From positions 1 through 61,963 of the forward strand of contig JAFGJL010000077.1 in assembly GCA_016929115.1 (NCBI GenBank): a DNA stretch of 61,963 nucleotides, read 5' to 3'. The DNA is from Candidatus Omnitrophota bacterium (GTDB lineage: Bacteria; Omnitrophota; Gorgyraeia; 2-01-FULL-45-10). A program made the position numbers and the translations under genes. The notes under the pieces were generated by a model, which searched no databases, was not told the DNA's origin, and worked only from the letters and a program-made list of their open reading frames with translations. Below, in pieces: positions 1 to 8,103 of this stretch; the stretch's first letter is position 1; every line of letters begins with the position of its first letter.

Positions 1-1620
1 ACCGGCCGCGACGGCATCCACGGCGCGACCTTCTCGTCAGGAGAGCTGACCACGGCGTCAGAGGAGGTCTCCGGCTCATGCGTCCAGATCGGAAATCCCA
101 TACAGGAAAAGAAGGTCACGGACACGCTCCTTAAGGCGCGCGACCTGGACCTGTACACCTCAATAACCGACTGCGGCGCGGGCGGGCTCTCGAGTGCGGT
201 GGGGGAGATGGGCGAAGAGCTCGGCGTTGAAGTGGAGCTTGAGAAGGTCCCGTTAAAATACAAGGGCCTTTCGTACGCGGAGACATGGATATCGGAGGCC
301 CAGGAAAGGATGGTACTAGCGGTAAGCCCTGACCATATAGATGAATTGACGGCCGTGTTCGAGGAAGAGGACGTCGAGGTAACGGTGATCGGAAAGTTCA
401 CCGGCGATAAACACCTGAAGGTCTTTTACGGCGGGGAGCTGGTCTGCGACCTTGACATGGACTTCCTCCATAACGGCCTGCCTCCGGTCAAGAGAAAGGC
501 CGTCTGGAAAAAACAAGTCCTTAAAGAACCTCCGAAAAACAAGCAAAAAGACCTTACTGAGCACCTTTTGAAAGTCCTGGCGAGCCCGAACGTGGCAAGT
601 AAGGAGTGGATCATCCGCCAGTACGACCACGAGGTCCAAGGCACCAGCGTTCTGAAACCGCTCCAGGGCATACGCGAAGACGGGCCGGGCGACGCGGCCA
701 TAATAAAACCGGTGCTCGGTTCCAGGAAAGGCGTCATCATATCGAACGGCATCAATCCGGAATACGGCAAGATCGACCCTTACTGGATGGCGGCCAGCGT
801 GATAGACGAGGCCCTGCGGCAAGTGGTCGCCGTAGGCGGCAATACAGGCAAGGCCGCTATCCTGGACAACTTCTGCTGGGGAAACACCAATAAGCCTGAC
901 AGGCTGGGAGGCCTCGTCAGGGCGTCGCAGGCCTGTTACGACATCGCCAAGGCATACGGCGTGCCGTTCATCTCGGGCAAAGACAGCCTCAACAACGAAT
1001 ATTCGACCGGCAGGAAGACGATCGCCATACCGCCGACCCTTCTCATCTCATGCATAGCGGTCATGGAGGATACGTCAAAAGCGGTAACGATGGACGCGAA
1101 GACGGCGGAAAACGCGATATACCTGGTCGGGCTTACGCATGACGAGCTTGGCGGCTCGCAGTATTACAAGACGCGCGGATTCGTGGGCAACAATGTGCCT
1201 AAAGTCGACCCGGCCCTCGGCAAGCGCATCATGACCAGCCTCTCGAACGCGATAAGGAAAGGCCTGGTCGCGTCGTGCCATGACTGTTCTGACGGCGGCA
1301 TGTCCGTCGCGCTGGCTGAAATGGCGTTCGCGGGCGGCCTGGGCATGAAGATAGAGCCCGGCGCCTTCAAGCCGCCAGAAGGGCAGAAGCCGCTCGATAC
1401 GGATGTCCTGTTGTTTTCGGAAAGCAACTCACGTTTCATCGTCGAGGTCAGGGACGAGAAGAGATTCATAAGCGCGATGAAGGGCGCGCCGGTATGGAAA
1501 CTGGGCCATGTGGCAAAGGGCCCTTACTTCAGGATATTCGGCGCGGATAAGAAGCCAGCCGTCGATACTACCATAGACCGGCTCAAAGGGGCATGGCAGG
1601 GGACGTTCAAGGATCTTTAA
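1..1620 (+). CDS. purL: phosphoribosylformylglycinamidine synthase subunit PurL (5' end cut by window edge)
   Basis: Frame 1 is open from nt 1 (TGRDGIHGATFSS...DCGAGGLSSAVGEMG) and runs into ORF 199..1620. It shows PurL/AIR-synthase-like motifs. purQ follows 4 nt later. Confidence 0.9.
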   Translation, partial: TGRDGIHGATFSSGELTTASEEVSGSCVQIGNPIQEKKVTDTLLKARDLDLYTSITDCGAGGLSSAVGEMGEELGVEVELEKVPLKYKGLSYAETWISEAQERMVLAVSPDHIDELTAVFEEEDVEVTVIGKFTGDKHLKVFYGGELVCDLDMDFLHNGLPPVKRKAVWKKQVLKEPPKNKQKDLTEHLLKVLASPNVASKEWIIRQYDHEVQGTSVLKPLQGIREDGPGDAAIIKPVLGSRKGVIISNGINPEYGKIDPYWMAASVIDEALRQVVAVGGNTGKAAILDNFCWGNTNKPDRLGGLVRASQACYDIAKAYGVPFISGKDSLNNEYSTGRKTIAIPPTLLISCIAVMEDTSKAVTMDAKTAENAIYLVGLTHDELGGSQYYKTRGFVGNNVPKVDPALGKRIMTSLSNAIRKGLVASCHDCSDGGMSVALAEMAFAGGLGMKIEPGAFKPPEGQKPLDTDVLLFSESNSRFIVEVRDEKRFISAMKGAPVWKLGHVAKGPYFRIFGADKKPAVDTTIDRLKGAWQGTFKDL

Positions 1621-1624
1621 CCGG

Positions 1625-2434
1625 ATGAGCAAAATAAAAGCGATCATACTCAGGACAGCCGGAACGAACTGCGATAAAGAGACCGCGTTCGCGTTCGAGG
1701 CGGCGGGGGCTTTTACGGAACTAGTGCACATCAATGAGCTCACAGGGGGAGGGAAGAGGCTGGCGGATTACCAGGTCCTGGCCATACCGGGCGGCTTCAC
1801 TTACGGCGACGACATCGCGAGCGGCAAGATACTCGCCAATGAGCTGCGCTTCAAGCTGGAAGAAGACCTCCAGCGTTTCATGAAAGACGGGAAGCTCATC
1901 ATCGGCATCTGCAACGGTTTCCAGGTATTGCTGAAATCGGGGCTGCTCCCCAATTTCTCGGGCGATTTCCAGACTATCGAGTCGACGCTCACATTGAACG
2001 ATTCGGATAAGTTCGAGGACAGGTGGGTATACCTTAAGAATATCAAAAATCAAAAATCAAAAATCAAAACTAAGTGTGTTTGGACGGAGGGGGTCAAAGA
2101 TATCATCTATCTGCCGGTGGCGCATGGGGAAGGGAAGTTCATACCAAAGAACAAAGAGATCCTCGGAAAGCTCAAAAAAGAGGGGATGGTAGTATTTGAA
2201 TACGCGGATGAGAGGGGGGAGAGGGCGGATTATCCTTACAATCCCAATGGTTCGGTCGAGAACATAGCCGGCATATGCGATAAAACGGGGCGCATATTCG
2301 GGCTGATGCCGCATCCCGAAAGGCATATCAGCTCTTCCCAGCACCCCTCCTGGACAAGAAATAAAAAAGCCGGCCCTGGTGACGGATTTGCCATATTCAA
2401 GAACGGCGTGGATTTTGCGAAAAAATATTTGTAA
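1625..2434 (+). CDS. purQ: phosphoribosylformylglycinamidine synthase subunit PurQ (glutaminase)
   Basis: Class-I glutamine amidotransferase motifs GICNGFQ and HGEG...HPE. Lies directly after purL. Confidence 0.9.
   Translation: MSKIKAIILRTAGTNCDKETAFAFEAAGAFTELVHINELTGGGKRLADYQVLAIPGGFTYGDDIASGKILANELRFKLEEDLQRFMKDGKLIIGICNGFQVLLKSGLLPNFSGDFQTIESTLTLNDSDKFEDRWVYLKNIKNQKSKIKTKCVWTEGVKDIIYLPVAHGEGKFIPKNKEILGKLKKEGMVVFEYADERGERADYPYNPNGSVENIAGICDKTGRIFGLMPHPERHISSSQHPSWTRNKKAGPGDGFAIFKNGVDFAKKYL
2042..2069 (+). repeat. perfect (ATCAAAA)x4 tandem heptamer inside purQ
   Basis: Read directly: atcaaaa atcaaaa atcaaaa atcaaaa. It is translated as part of NIKNQKSKIKTK. Confidence 0.95.
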
Positions 2435-2488
2435 TTTAGCCCGACTTAATGTATTATTATTAGCATAATATACCGGCAGTTTGGAGAA

Positions 2489-3211
2489 ATGGATCATTCA
2501 ACGCAAACGATAAAAAAGCTCCCGCCCCAAAAAGACATCTTCAGCGACCATCTCGTCGATACGTACTTCTATCAAAAAAAGTCCGAAAAAAAGCCAGCCC
2601 CGCAGATAAAACATAAAAAAGCCGCGCCTTTATTAATCATTATCCCGTTAGTAATCGCTTTTATCGCCGCTTTTATAGCCGCCGCATTCTACGCCAACAA
2701 CTTCTACAAGAGGTCCGCAAGCCGGAGGCTGGCTAAAGCCACCGCGATCACTATCACTAAGGGCGGGGCGATCGAGAGAGACGTCGTCCAGAAGGCGGAA
2801 TTCCACGGTTACGCGAAAGGAAAAGGCTCGATAACAAAAGACCAGATCGTCCTGAAGAACATCAACAAATACAAATGGTCGGACCTGTCGCTCGATTTCC
2901 GGGTCCCGCTGGATTTTTCCGGCAAGCATCTTTCCATGGCGCTCAAGAGCAAGGTCGGCGGCGAGAAGATAAGCCTGGTCATGCGCGATTCGCATAACCG
3001 GTCGGTACGGCTGCGCGACATCTTCGTGACATCCAACTGGCGCACCGAGACGATACCCTTAAGCACCATCAAGCGCGATATAGACCTGTCCAATATAACG
3101 CACATGAGATTCGAATGCGATTATGTCGGCGAACCTGCCAAGGGAGCAGGCATTGCGGCCGAGGTCACTATTTACATAAAGGACGTAACGATAAAGAAGG
3201 AGGCACGCTAA
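2489..3211 (+). CDS. hypothetical single-pass membrane protein (Lys-rich N-terminal tail, beta-rich C-terminal domain)
   Basis: GGAGA lies upstream of the ATG. The N-terminal 45 aa are basic (KKSEKKPAPQIKHKKAAP). One TM helix (LLIIIPLVIAFIAAFIAAAFYA). The stop TAA abuts the ATG of the next gene. Confidence 0.65.
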   Translation: MDHSTQTIKKLPPQKDIFSDHLVDTYFYQKKSEKKPAPQIKHKKAAPLLIIIPLVIAFIAAFIAAAFYANNFYKRSASRRLAKATAITITKGGAIERDVVQKAEFHGYAKGKGSITKDQIVLKNINKYKWSDLSLDFRVPLDFSGKHLSMALKSKVGGEKISLVMRDSHNRSVRLRDIFVTSNWRTETIPLSTIKRDIDLSNITHMRFECDYVGEPAKGAGIAAEVTIYIKDVTIKKEAR

Positions 3212-4345
3212 ATGAGGATAATATCGATAACCAATCAAAAAGGCGGCTGCGGAAAGACTACGACAGCGATAAACCTGTCAAGCGCGCTGGCCCTGGCGGG
3301 AAGGAGGACCCTTATCATAGACCTTGACCCGCAGGCTCACGCCTCGTTCGGGCTCGGCATAACGAGCCAGCAGGCCGACAAGTCGATATATAACGTCCTC
3401 ACGGAAAACGACGAGAAGAGGCGACCGCTCGAGAGTTGCATCGTCAACGTATCTAAGAAGCTGGACATAGTGCCGTCGAGCATACTGTTGAGCACCCTGG
3501 AACAGGAACTGAAGGACAAGGAAGACGCGGTATCGAAACTGCACAATGTCCTGGTGGGCGCGAACCTGCCTTATGACTACGTCATCATCGACTGCCCGCC
3601 GAGCCTCGGGTTCCTCACCTTCAACGCGCTGAGAGCGGCGGCCCTCATCATAGTCCCGATCGACATGAGCGCGTTCTCGCTTATGGGCGTAGGAAAGCTT
3701 CTTGGCATGCTGGAGCTCATCAACCTCAAGATAGGGCATGTGCCGCGGGTGAAAGCCCTCGCCACGCTTTTCGACAAGAGGACAAAATACTCGCAGACGA
3801 TGTTCGACGAGATCAAGATGTTCTTCAGGGACCAGATGCTGGACTCGGTCATCCGGATGAACGTCGCGCTAAAGAAAGCGGTCCCTGCCGGCGTATCGGT
3901 CATGCAGTTCGAGCCCTACTCGACCGGCGCTTCCGATTACGGCGCGCTCGCCCAGGAAGTCCTCAGGATAGAAGGGGATTCGGAGTTCGAAAAGGCGATG
4001 GCCGAGGTCTCTGCCGAGACACAGGCCCCTGCTCCTATCCCGTCCGTTCCGTCTGTTCCGTCCGTCCCGGCCGCTCCGGCGATCTCTACAGGGGAGGCCA
4101 CGTTCGCTATCGACGCACCGGGCGCCAACGAAGTCTATGTCGTAGGCGATTTCAACAACTGGCAGGTCGGCAGCGACGGCAGGCTTTCGAAAAGCGAGAG
4201 CGGAAGATGGGAGAAACGGCTCGGCCTTTCATCCGGCAAGTACAGCTACAAGTTCGTCGTAGACGGCCAGTGGATCCTCGATACCAACAATGCCGAAAAG
4301 GAACAGAATTCCTTCGGGACTTTCAACTCGGTGCTGAAGGTCTGA
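3212..4345 (+). CDS. ParA/MinD-family ATPase fused to a C-terminal CBM48 / AMPK-beta-type glycogen-binding module
   Basis: Deviant Walker A NQKGGCGKTTTAINLS and ParA-like core to about aa 250. Pro-rich linker with (PSV)x3 at 4040..4066. C-terminus is EVYVVGDFNNWQ...GKYSYKFVVDGQWILD. An AAGGAGG SD lies inside the upstream gene. Confidence 0.8.
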   Translation: MRIISITNQKGGCGKTTTAINLSSALALAGRRTLIIDLDPQAHASFGLGITSQQADKSIYNVLTENDEKRRPLESCIVNVSKKLDIVPSSILLSTLEQELKDKEDAVSKLHNVLVGANLPYDYVIIDCPPSLGFLTFNALRAAALIIVPIDMSAFSLMGVGKLLGMLELINLKIGHVPRVKALATLFDKRTKYSQTMFDEIKMFFRDQMLDSVIRMNVALKKAVPAGVSVMQFEPYSTGASDYGALAQEVLRIEGDSEFEKAMAEVSAETQAPAPIPSVPSVPSVPAAPAISTGEATFAIDAPGANEVYVVGDFNNWQVGSDGRLSKSESGRWEKRLGLSSGKYSYKFVVDGQWILDTNNAEKEQNSFGTFNSVLKV

Positions 4346-4349
4346 TAAA

Positions 4350-4997
4350 ATGGCAATACTGAACGCGGATTTCATAAAAGAGGACCCCTGGCGCATATTC
4401 CGCATCATGAGCGAATTCGTTGACGGCTTCGAAGAGCTTTCGAACGTCAATAAGGCGGTCTCGATCTTCGGCTCATCGCGGGCAAAACCCTCGGACAAGT
4501 TCTATAAACTGGCGGAGAAGACCGCGGCCCTGCTGGCAAAGAACGGCTACGCCGTGATCACCGGCGCCGGGCCCGGCATCATGGAGGCGGCCAACAAAGG
4601 CGCTAAGGATGCGGGCGGTGACTCCATAGGCCTCAACATCCTGATACCGACGATGCAAAGACCTAACAGGTATGTGACGCGGCTGATTGAATTCAGGTAC
4701 TTCTTCTGCAGGAAAGTGATGTTCGCCAAGTACTCCAAGGCCTTCGTCGTCTTCCCGGGCGGTTTCGGGACCATGGACGAGCTCTTTGAGGCGATGACGC
4801 TGATACAGACCGAGCGCGTGGACCCGTTCCCGGTCATTATCGTCGGCGGCGAATACTGGAAGGACCTTGTGCGTTGGATAAAAGAGACCATGATCCGCTA
4901 CAATACTATCCATAAAAACGACATAAAGATATTCACAGTGGCGAATTCGCCCCAGGAAGTGCTCTCCGTAATAAAAAGGTTTTACAAGAAGAAATAG
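4350..4997 (+). CDS. LOG-family (TIGR00730-type) nucleotide phosphoribohydrolase
   Basis: PGGFGTMDELFE motif, GAGPGIMEAANKGA, and typical length of about 215 aa. Confidence 0.8.
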   Translation: MAILNADFIKEDPWRIFRIMSEFVDGFEELSNVNKAVSIFGSSRAKPSDKFYKLAEKTAALLAKNGYAVITGAGPGIMEAANKGAKDAGGDSIGLNILIPTMQRPNRYVTRLIEFRYFFCRKVMFAKYSKAFVVFPGGFGTMDELFEAMTLIQTERVDPFPVIIVGGEYWKDLVRWIKETMIRYNTIHKNDIKIFTVANSPQEVLSVIKRFYKKK

Positions 4998-5031
4998 CCA
5001 GCCGAAAAGACGCTTTTAACCACGAAAATCC

Positions 5032-5040
5032 TGATATAAT
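5032..5040 (+). promoter_or_regulatory. candidate extended -10 promoter (TGaTATAAT) upstream of mnmG
   Basis: tgatataat read directly. The same 9-mer occurs upstream of glgC. No clear -35. Confidence 0.35.
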
Positions 5041-5093
5041 GGGGGAGAGGTGTCTCTGCGTAAAAAGAGGGCAAAAACGCGCATAAATAAAAA

Positions 5094-5165
5094 GGATGGC
5101 AACAGCACTTTTTCGGTACTATGTACCTGTAGGCCCGATAACGGGTCATTAAGCTGTTGTCATCC
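5094..5165 (+). other. 72-nt stem-loop in the mnmG leader region
   Basis: ggatggcaacagc (5094..5106) pairs with gctgttgtcatcc (5153..5165): 13 bp with one G-U. An inner cccg-ataa-cggg hairpin is present. Confidence 0.5.
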
Positions 5166-5232
5166 ACCTATAATTATACACTGCTTTTTTCAAAAAAACA
5201 AGACCTGGGCTTAAATTTATCCGCCTCGTAAT

Positions 5233-7032
5233 ATGTCTAAAATGTCAATATATGATGTAATTGTGATAGGCGCAGGGCACGCGGGATGCGAGGCAAGCCT
5301 GGCAGCGGCACAGCTTGGCCGAAAAACTCTCCTTTTGACCATGAATGCCGATTCTATAGGCCTCATGTCCTGTAATCCCTCCATAGGGGGCCTGGCAAAG
5401 GGGCAGCTCGTAAGGGAAGTTGACGCCTTGGGGGGCAGGATGGCGTTGGCGTCAGACCATACCGCGATACAGATAAGGACCTTAAATACCAGAAAAGGGC
5501 CTGCGGTGAGGTCGACAAGAGCCCAGGTAGACAGGCACGCCTACCAGTCATACATGAGATCGGCCGTAGAAAACCAGCCGAACTTGGATATCCGCGAATG
5601 CCTCGCGGAAAGGATCCTGATAGAGAACGGCGCGGTCAAGGGGGTCGAAACATCGCTGAAAGAGGCCTATTTCGGCAAGACGCTCATAATAGCTGCCGGC
5701 ACCTTCCTGAACGGGCTTCTCCATATAGGCCTCGAACATATGCCGGGGGGGAGGATGGGGGAGAGGCCTTCCGAAGGGCTTTCAGGCTCCCTTAAAGAGC
5801 TGGGGCTGACCATGGGCCGGCTAAAGACAGGGACATGCGCCCGGCTGGACGGCAGGACCATCGAGTTCGACAGGTTGACCGCGCAGCACGGAGATGAGGA
5901 CGCCGTACCGTTCTCGTTCCGGACGAAAAAGATATCCGGAAGGCAGCTGCCTTGTTATATCACATATACCAACCAGAAGACGCACGATATAATACTGTCC
6001 AGCCTTGACCGGTCACCGCTGTTTACGGGCATCATAAAGGGTACGGGCGTGCGTTACTGCCCGTCCATCGAAGACAAGATACACCGGTTCCCGCAACGCG
6101 ACAGGCACCATATATTCCTGGAACCCGAGGGCCTCAATACGGTCGAATACTATCCGAACGGCATATCGACCAGCCTGCCGGTGGATGTGCAGGAGGAGAT
6201 CATACATTCCATCGAGGGGCTGGAGCATGCGAAGATCACCAGGCCGGGTTACGGGATAGAGTACGATTTCGCCGACCCCACGCAGCTATATCCTACGCTG
6301 GAGGCAAAGGGCATGCCGGGGTTATACCTGGCGGGCCAGATAAACGGCACGACAGGATACGAAGAAGCGGCAAGCCTGGGGCTTATCGCGGGCATCAACG
6401 CCGCCTTAAAAGTAACGGACAAAGAGCCCTTTGTCCTGGGGCGTTCGGAAGCTTATATCGGCGTGCTTGTCGATGACCTGGTCACCAAGGGAACGAACGA
6501 GCCTTACCGCATGTTCACCTCGCGCGTCGAGTACCGGCTCATCCTGCGCGAAGACAACGCGGACCTGCGGCTTACAGAGTTGGGATACAAGATAGGATTG
6601 ATAGGCCGGGAACGTTACGACCATGTCATGGGAAAAAGGGACCGCATAAAAAAAGAGATGGCCAGGCTCCGGGAAACGCGGGCCGAAAAGGCGCTGAGGC
6701 GCCCCGGCACAAGATATGAGGACATAACAACCGCCGAAGAGCAGACCGGCCTTTCGCCTGAAGAGCGGAAAGAGGTCGAGATCGAGGTCAAATACGAGGG
6801 ATTCATAAGAAGGCAGCTCAGTGAGATCGATCGGTTCAAGAGCATCGAAAAGATAAGGGTTCCCGACGGCTTCGACTACGGGCCGGTCCACGGCCTCTCC
6901 TCTGAGATCAGGGAGAAGCTTTCGCGCATAAGGCCGCTCACCCTCGGCCAGGCATCGCGGATATCCGGCGTAACTCCCGCGGCGATATCGATAATGATGG
7001 TGTATCTGGAGAAAAGACGGCGGAAAGGTTAG
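5233..7032 (+). CDS. mnmG: tRNA uridine-5-carboxymethylaminomethyl modification enzyme MnmG (GidA)
   Basis: N-terminal FAD fold YDVIVIGAGHAGCEA. GidA-family similarity along the full length. Confidence 0.95.
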   Translation: MSKMSIYDVIVIGAGHAGCEASLAAAQLGRKTLLLTMNADSIGLMSCNPSIGGLAKGQLVREVDALGGRMALASDHTAIQIRTLNTRKGPAVRSTRAQVDRHAYQSYMRSAVENQPNLDIRECLAERILIENGAVKGVETSLKEAYFGKTLIIAAGTFLNGLLHIGLEHMPGGRMGERPSEGLSGSLKELGLTMGRLKTGTCARLDGRTIEFDRLTAQHGDEDAVPFSFRTKKISGRQLPCYITYTNQKTHDIILSSLDRSPLFTGIIKGTGVRYCPSIEDKIHRFPQRDRHHIFLEPEGLNTVEYYPNGISTSLPVDVQEEIIHSIEGLEHAKITRPGYGIEYDFADPTQLYPTLEAKGMPGLYLAGQINGTTGYEEAASLGLIAGINAALKVTDKEPFVLGRSEAYIGVLVDDLVTKGTNEPYRMFTSRVEYRLILREDNADLRLTELGYKIGLIGRERYDHVMGKRDRIKKEMARLRETRAEKALRRPGTRYEDITTAEEQTGLSPEERKEVEIEVKYEGFIRRQLSEIDRFKSIEKIRVPDGFDYGPVHGLSSEIREKLSRIRPLTLGQASRISGVTPAAISIMMVYLEKRRRKG

Positions 7033-7108
7033 CGTATAGCGTATAGCGTTTAGCGTATAGGAAAGACAAAATTTTTACTATACGCTATCCGCTAAACGCT
7101 CGACGCTA
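7030..7108. repeat. REP-like palindromic element, copy 1 (TAGCGTW heptamer arms)
   Basis: Left arm tagcgtatagcgtatagcgtttagcgtatag (7030..7060). 17-nt loop. Right arm ctatacgctatccgctaaacgctcgacgcta (7078..7108). 26 of 31 positions are complementary. The first TAG is the mnmG stop codon. Confidence 0.9.
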
Positions 7109-7124
7109 GAAATCCATTCATCAC

Positions 7125-8084
7125 ATGCGCCTATACAACGATTATAACTCATACTTAAGGGAAAAATACGGCTGCAAGGTATACCGTATCGGCCTCGACG
7201 CGGGATTCTCGTGCCCAAACCGCGACGGGACAAAAGGTTTCGGCGGATGCATCTACTGCAACGAGGAGGGCTCACGAGCTTCCTACGCGGATCCGGCATT
7301 ATCCGTCGCAGAGCAGTTAAGGTCGCGGATAAAAAAACTCAGGGAAAAGAACGGCCCTAAAAAATACATAGCGTACTTCCAGGCCTTCACCAATACCTAC
7401 GCGCCCGCCAAGGAGCTGAGGCCCATATACGACCAGGCGGCGTCTAACGACGTCGTAGGCATATCGATAGGGACGCGGCCGGACGCGATAGACCTCGCCA
7501 AGCTGGAGCTTATAGCGTCATACAAAGACAGATATGAAGTGTGGATAGAATACGGCCTGCAGTCGGCCCACGACAAAACGCTTCTTGCTTTACAGCGGGG
7601 ACATACGTTCGCGGATTTCGCGAACGCCGTGCACCTGACGAAGAGGTTCGGTATCTCCGTCTGCGGCCACGTGATATTGGGCCTGCCCGGAGAGACCGCG
7701 GCGGAGATGATGGAGACGGCCGACAAGCTCAGCGAGCTAAAAGTCGACGGGGTGAAGATACACCTCCTGCACATCCTGAAGGGGAGCAGGCTCGAGCAGC
7801 TATACGCGGGCGGGAAGATACGGCTTCCTGAACAGGATGAATACGTGGAGCTGGTATGCGATTTCCTGGAACGCCTTTCGCCTGACATCGTCATACAGCG
7901 GCTGACAGGGGAGGGGACGCGTGAGAAACATGTAGCCCCGCTCTGGGCACTGGACAAGCTGGGAACGATAAAGAAGATAGAGGAGACGTTAAAGAAAAGG
8001 GGGAGCCGCCAAGGTACGAGTTTTGAGGCGGCCTTTAATCCAAAAATCAAAATCCAAAGATCAAAATTACATATAAAAACCTAA
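7125..8084 (+). CDS. TIGR01212-type radical SAM protein
   Basis: CPNRDGTKGFGGCIYCN cluster motif and a radical-SAM core. The C-terminal tail KIKIQRSKLHIKT is unusual. Confidence 0.8.
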   Translation: MRLYNDYNSYLREKYGCKVYRIGLDAGFSCPNRDGTKGFGGCIYCNEEGSRASYADPALSVAEQLRSRIKKLREKNGPKKYIAYFQAFTNTYAPAKELRPIYDQAASNDVVGISIGTRPDAIDLAKLELIASYKDRYEVWIEYGLQSAHDKTLLALQRGHTFADFANAVHLTKRFGISVCGHVILGLPGETAAEMMETADKLSELKVDGVKIHLLHILKGSRLEQLYAGGKIRLPEQDEYVELVCDFLERLSPDIVIQRLTGEGTREKHVAPLWALDKLGTIKKIEETLKKRGSRQGTSFEAAFNPKIKIQRSKLHIKT

Positions 8085-8103
8085 AATTTTTGAATTTTGA
8101 TCT
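8058..8103. terminator. AT-rich hairpin between convergent genes (possible bidirectional terminator)
   Basis: agatcaaaatt (8058..8068) is the exact reverse complement of aattttgatct (8093..8103). It overlaps the 3' ends of both ORFs. Confidence 0.4.

Noticed and set aside
4040-4066. A 9-bp x3 tandem repeat (ccgtccgtt ccgtctgtt ccgtccgtc) in the ParA-fusion gene.
   Set aside because: It is in frame and encodes a (PSV)3 flexible linker between two domains. It is not an independent feature.
5096-5152. An 18-codon ORF (MATALFRYYVPVGPITGH) inside the mnmG leader hairpin.
   Set aside because: The purine-rich stretch abuts the ATG with no spacing, and the ORF is fully embedded in the stem-loop. 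An RNA structure is more likely than a peptide.
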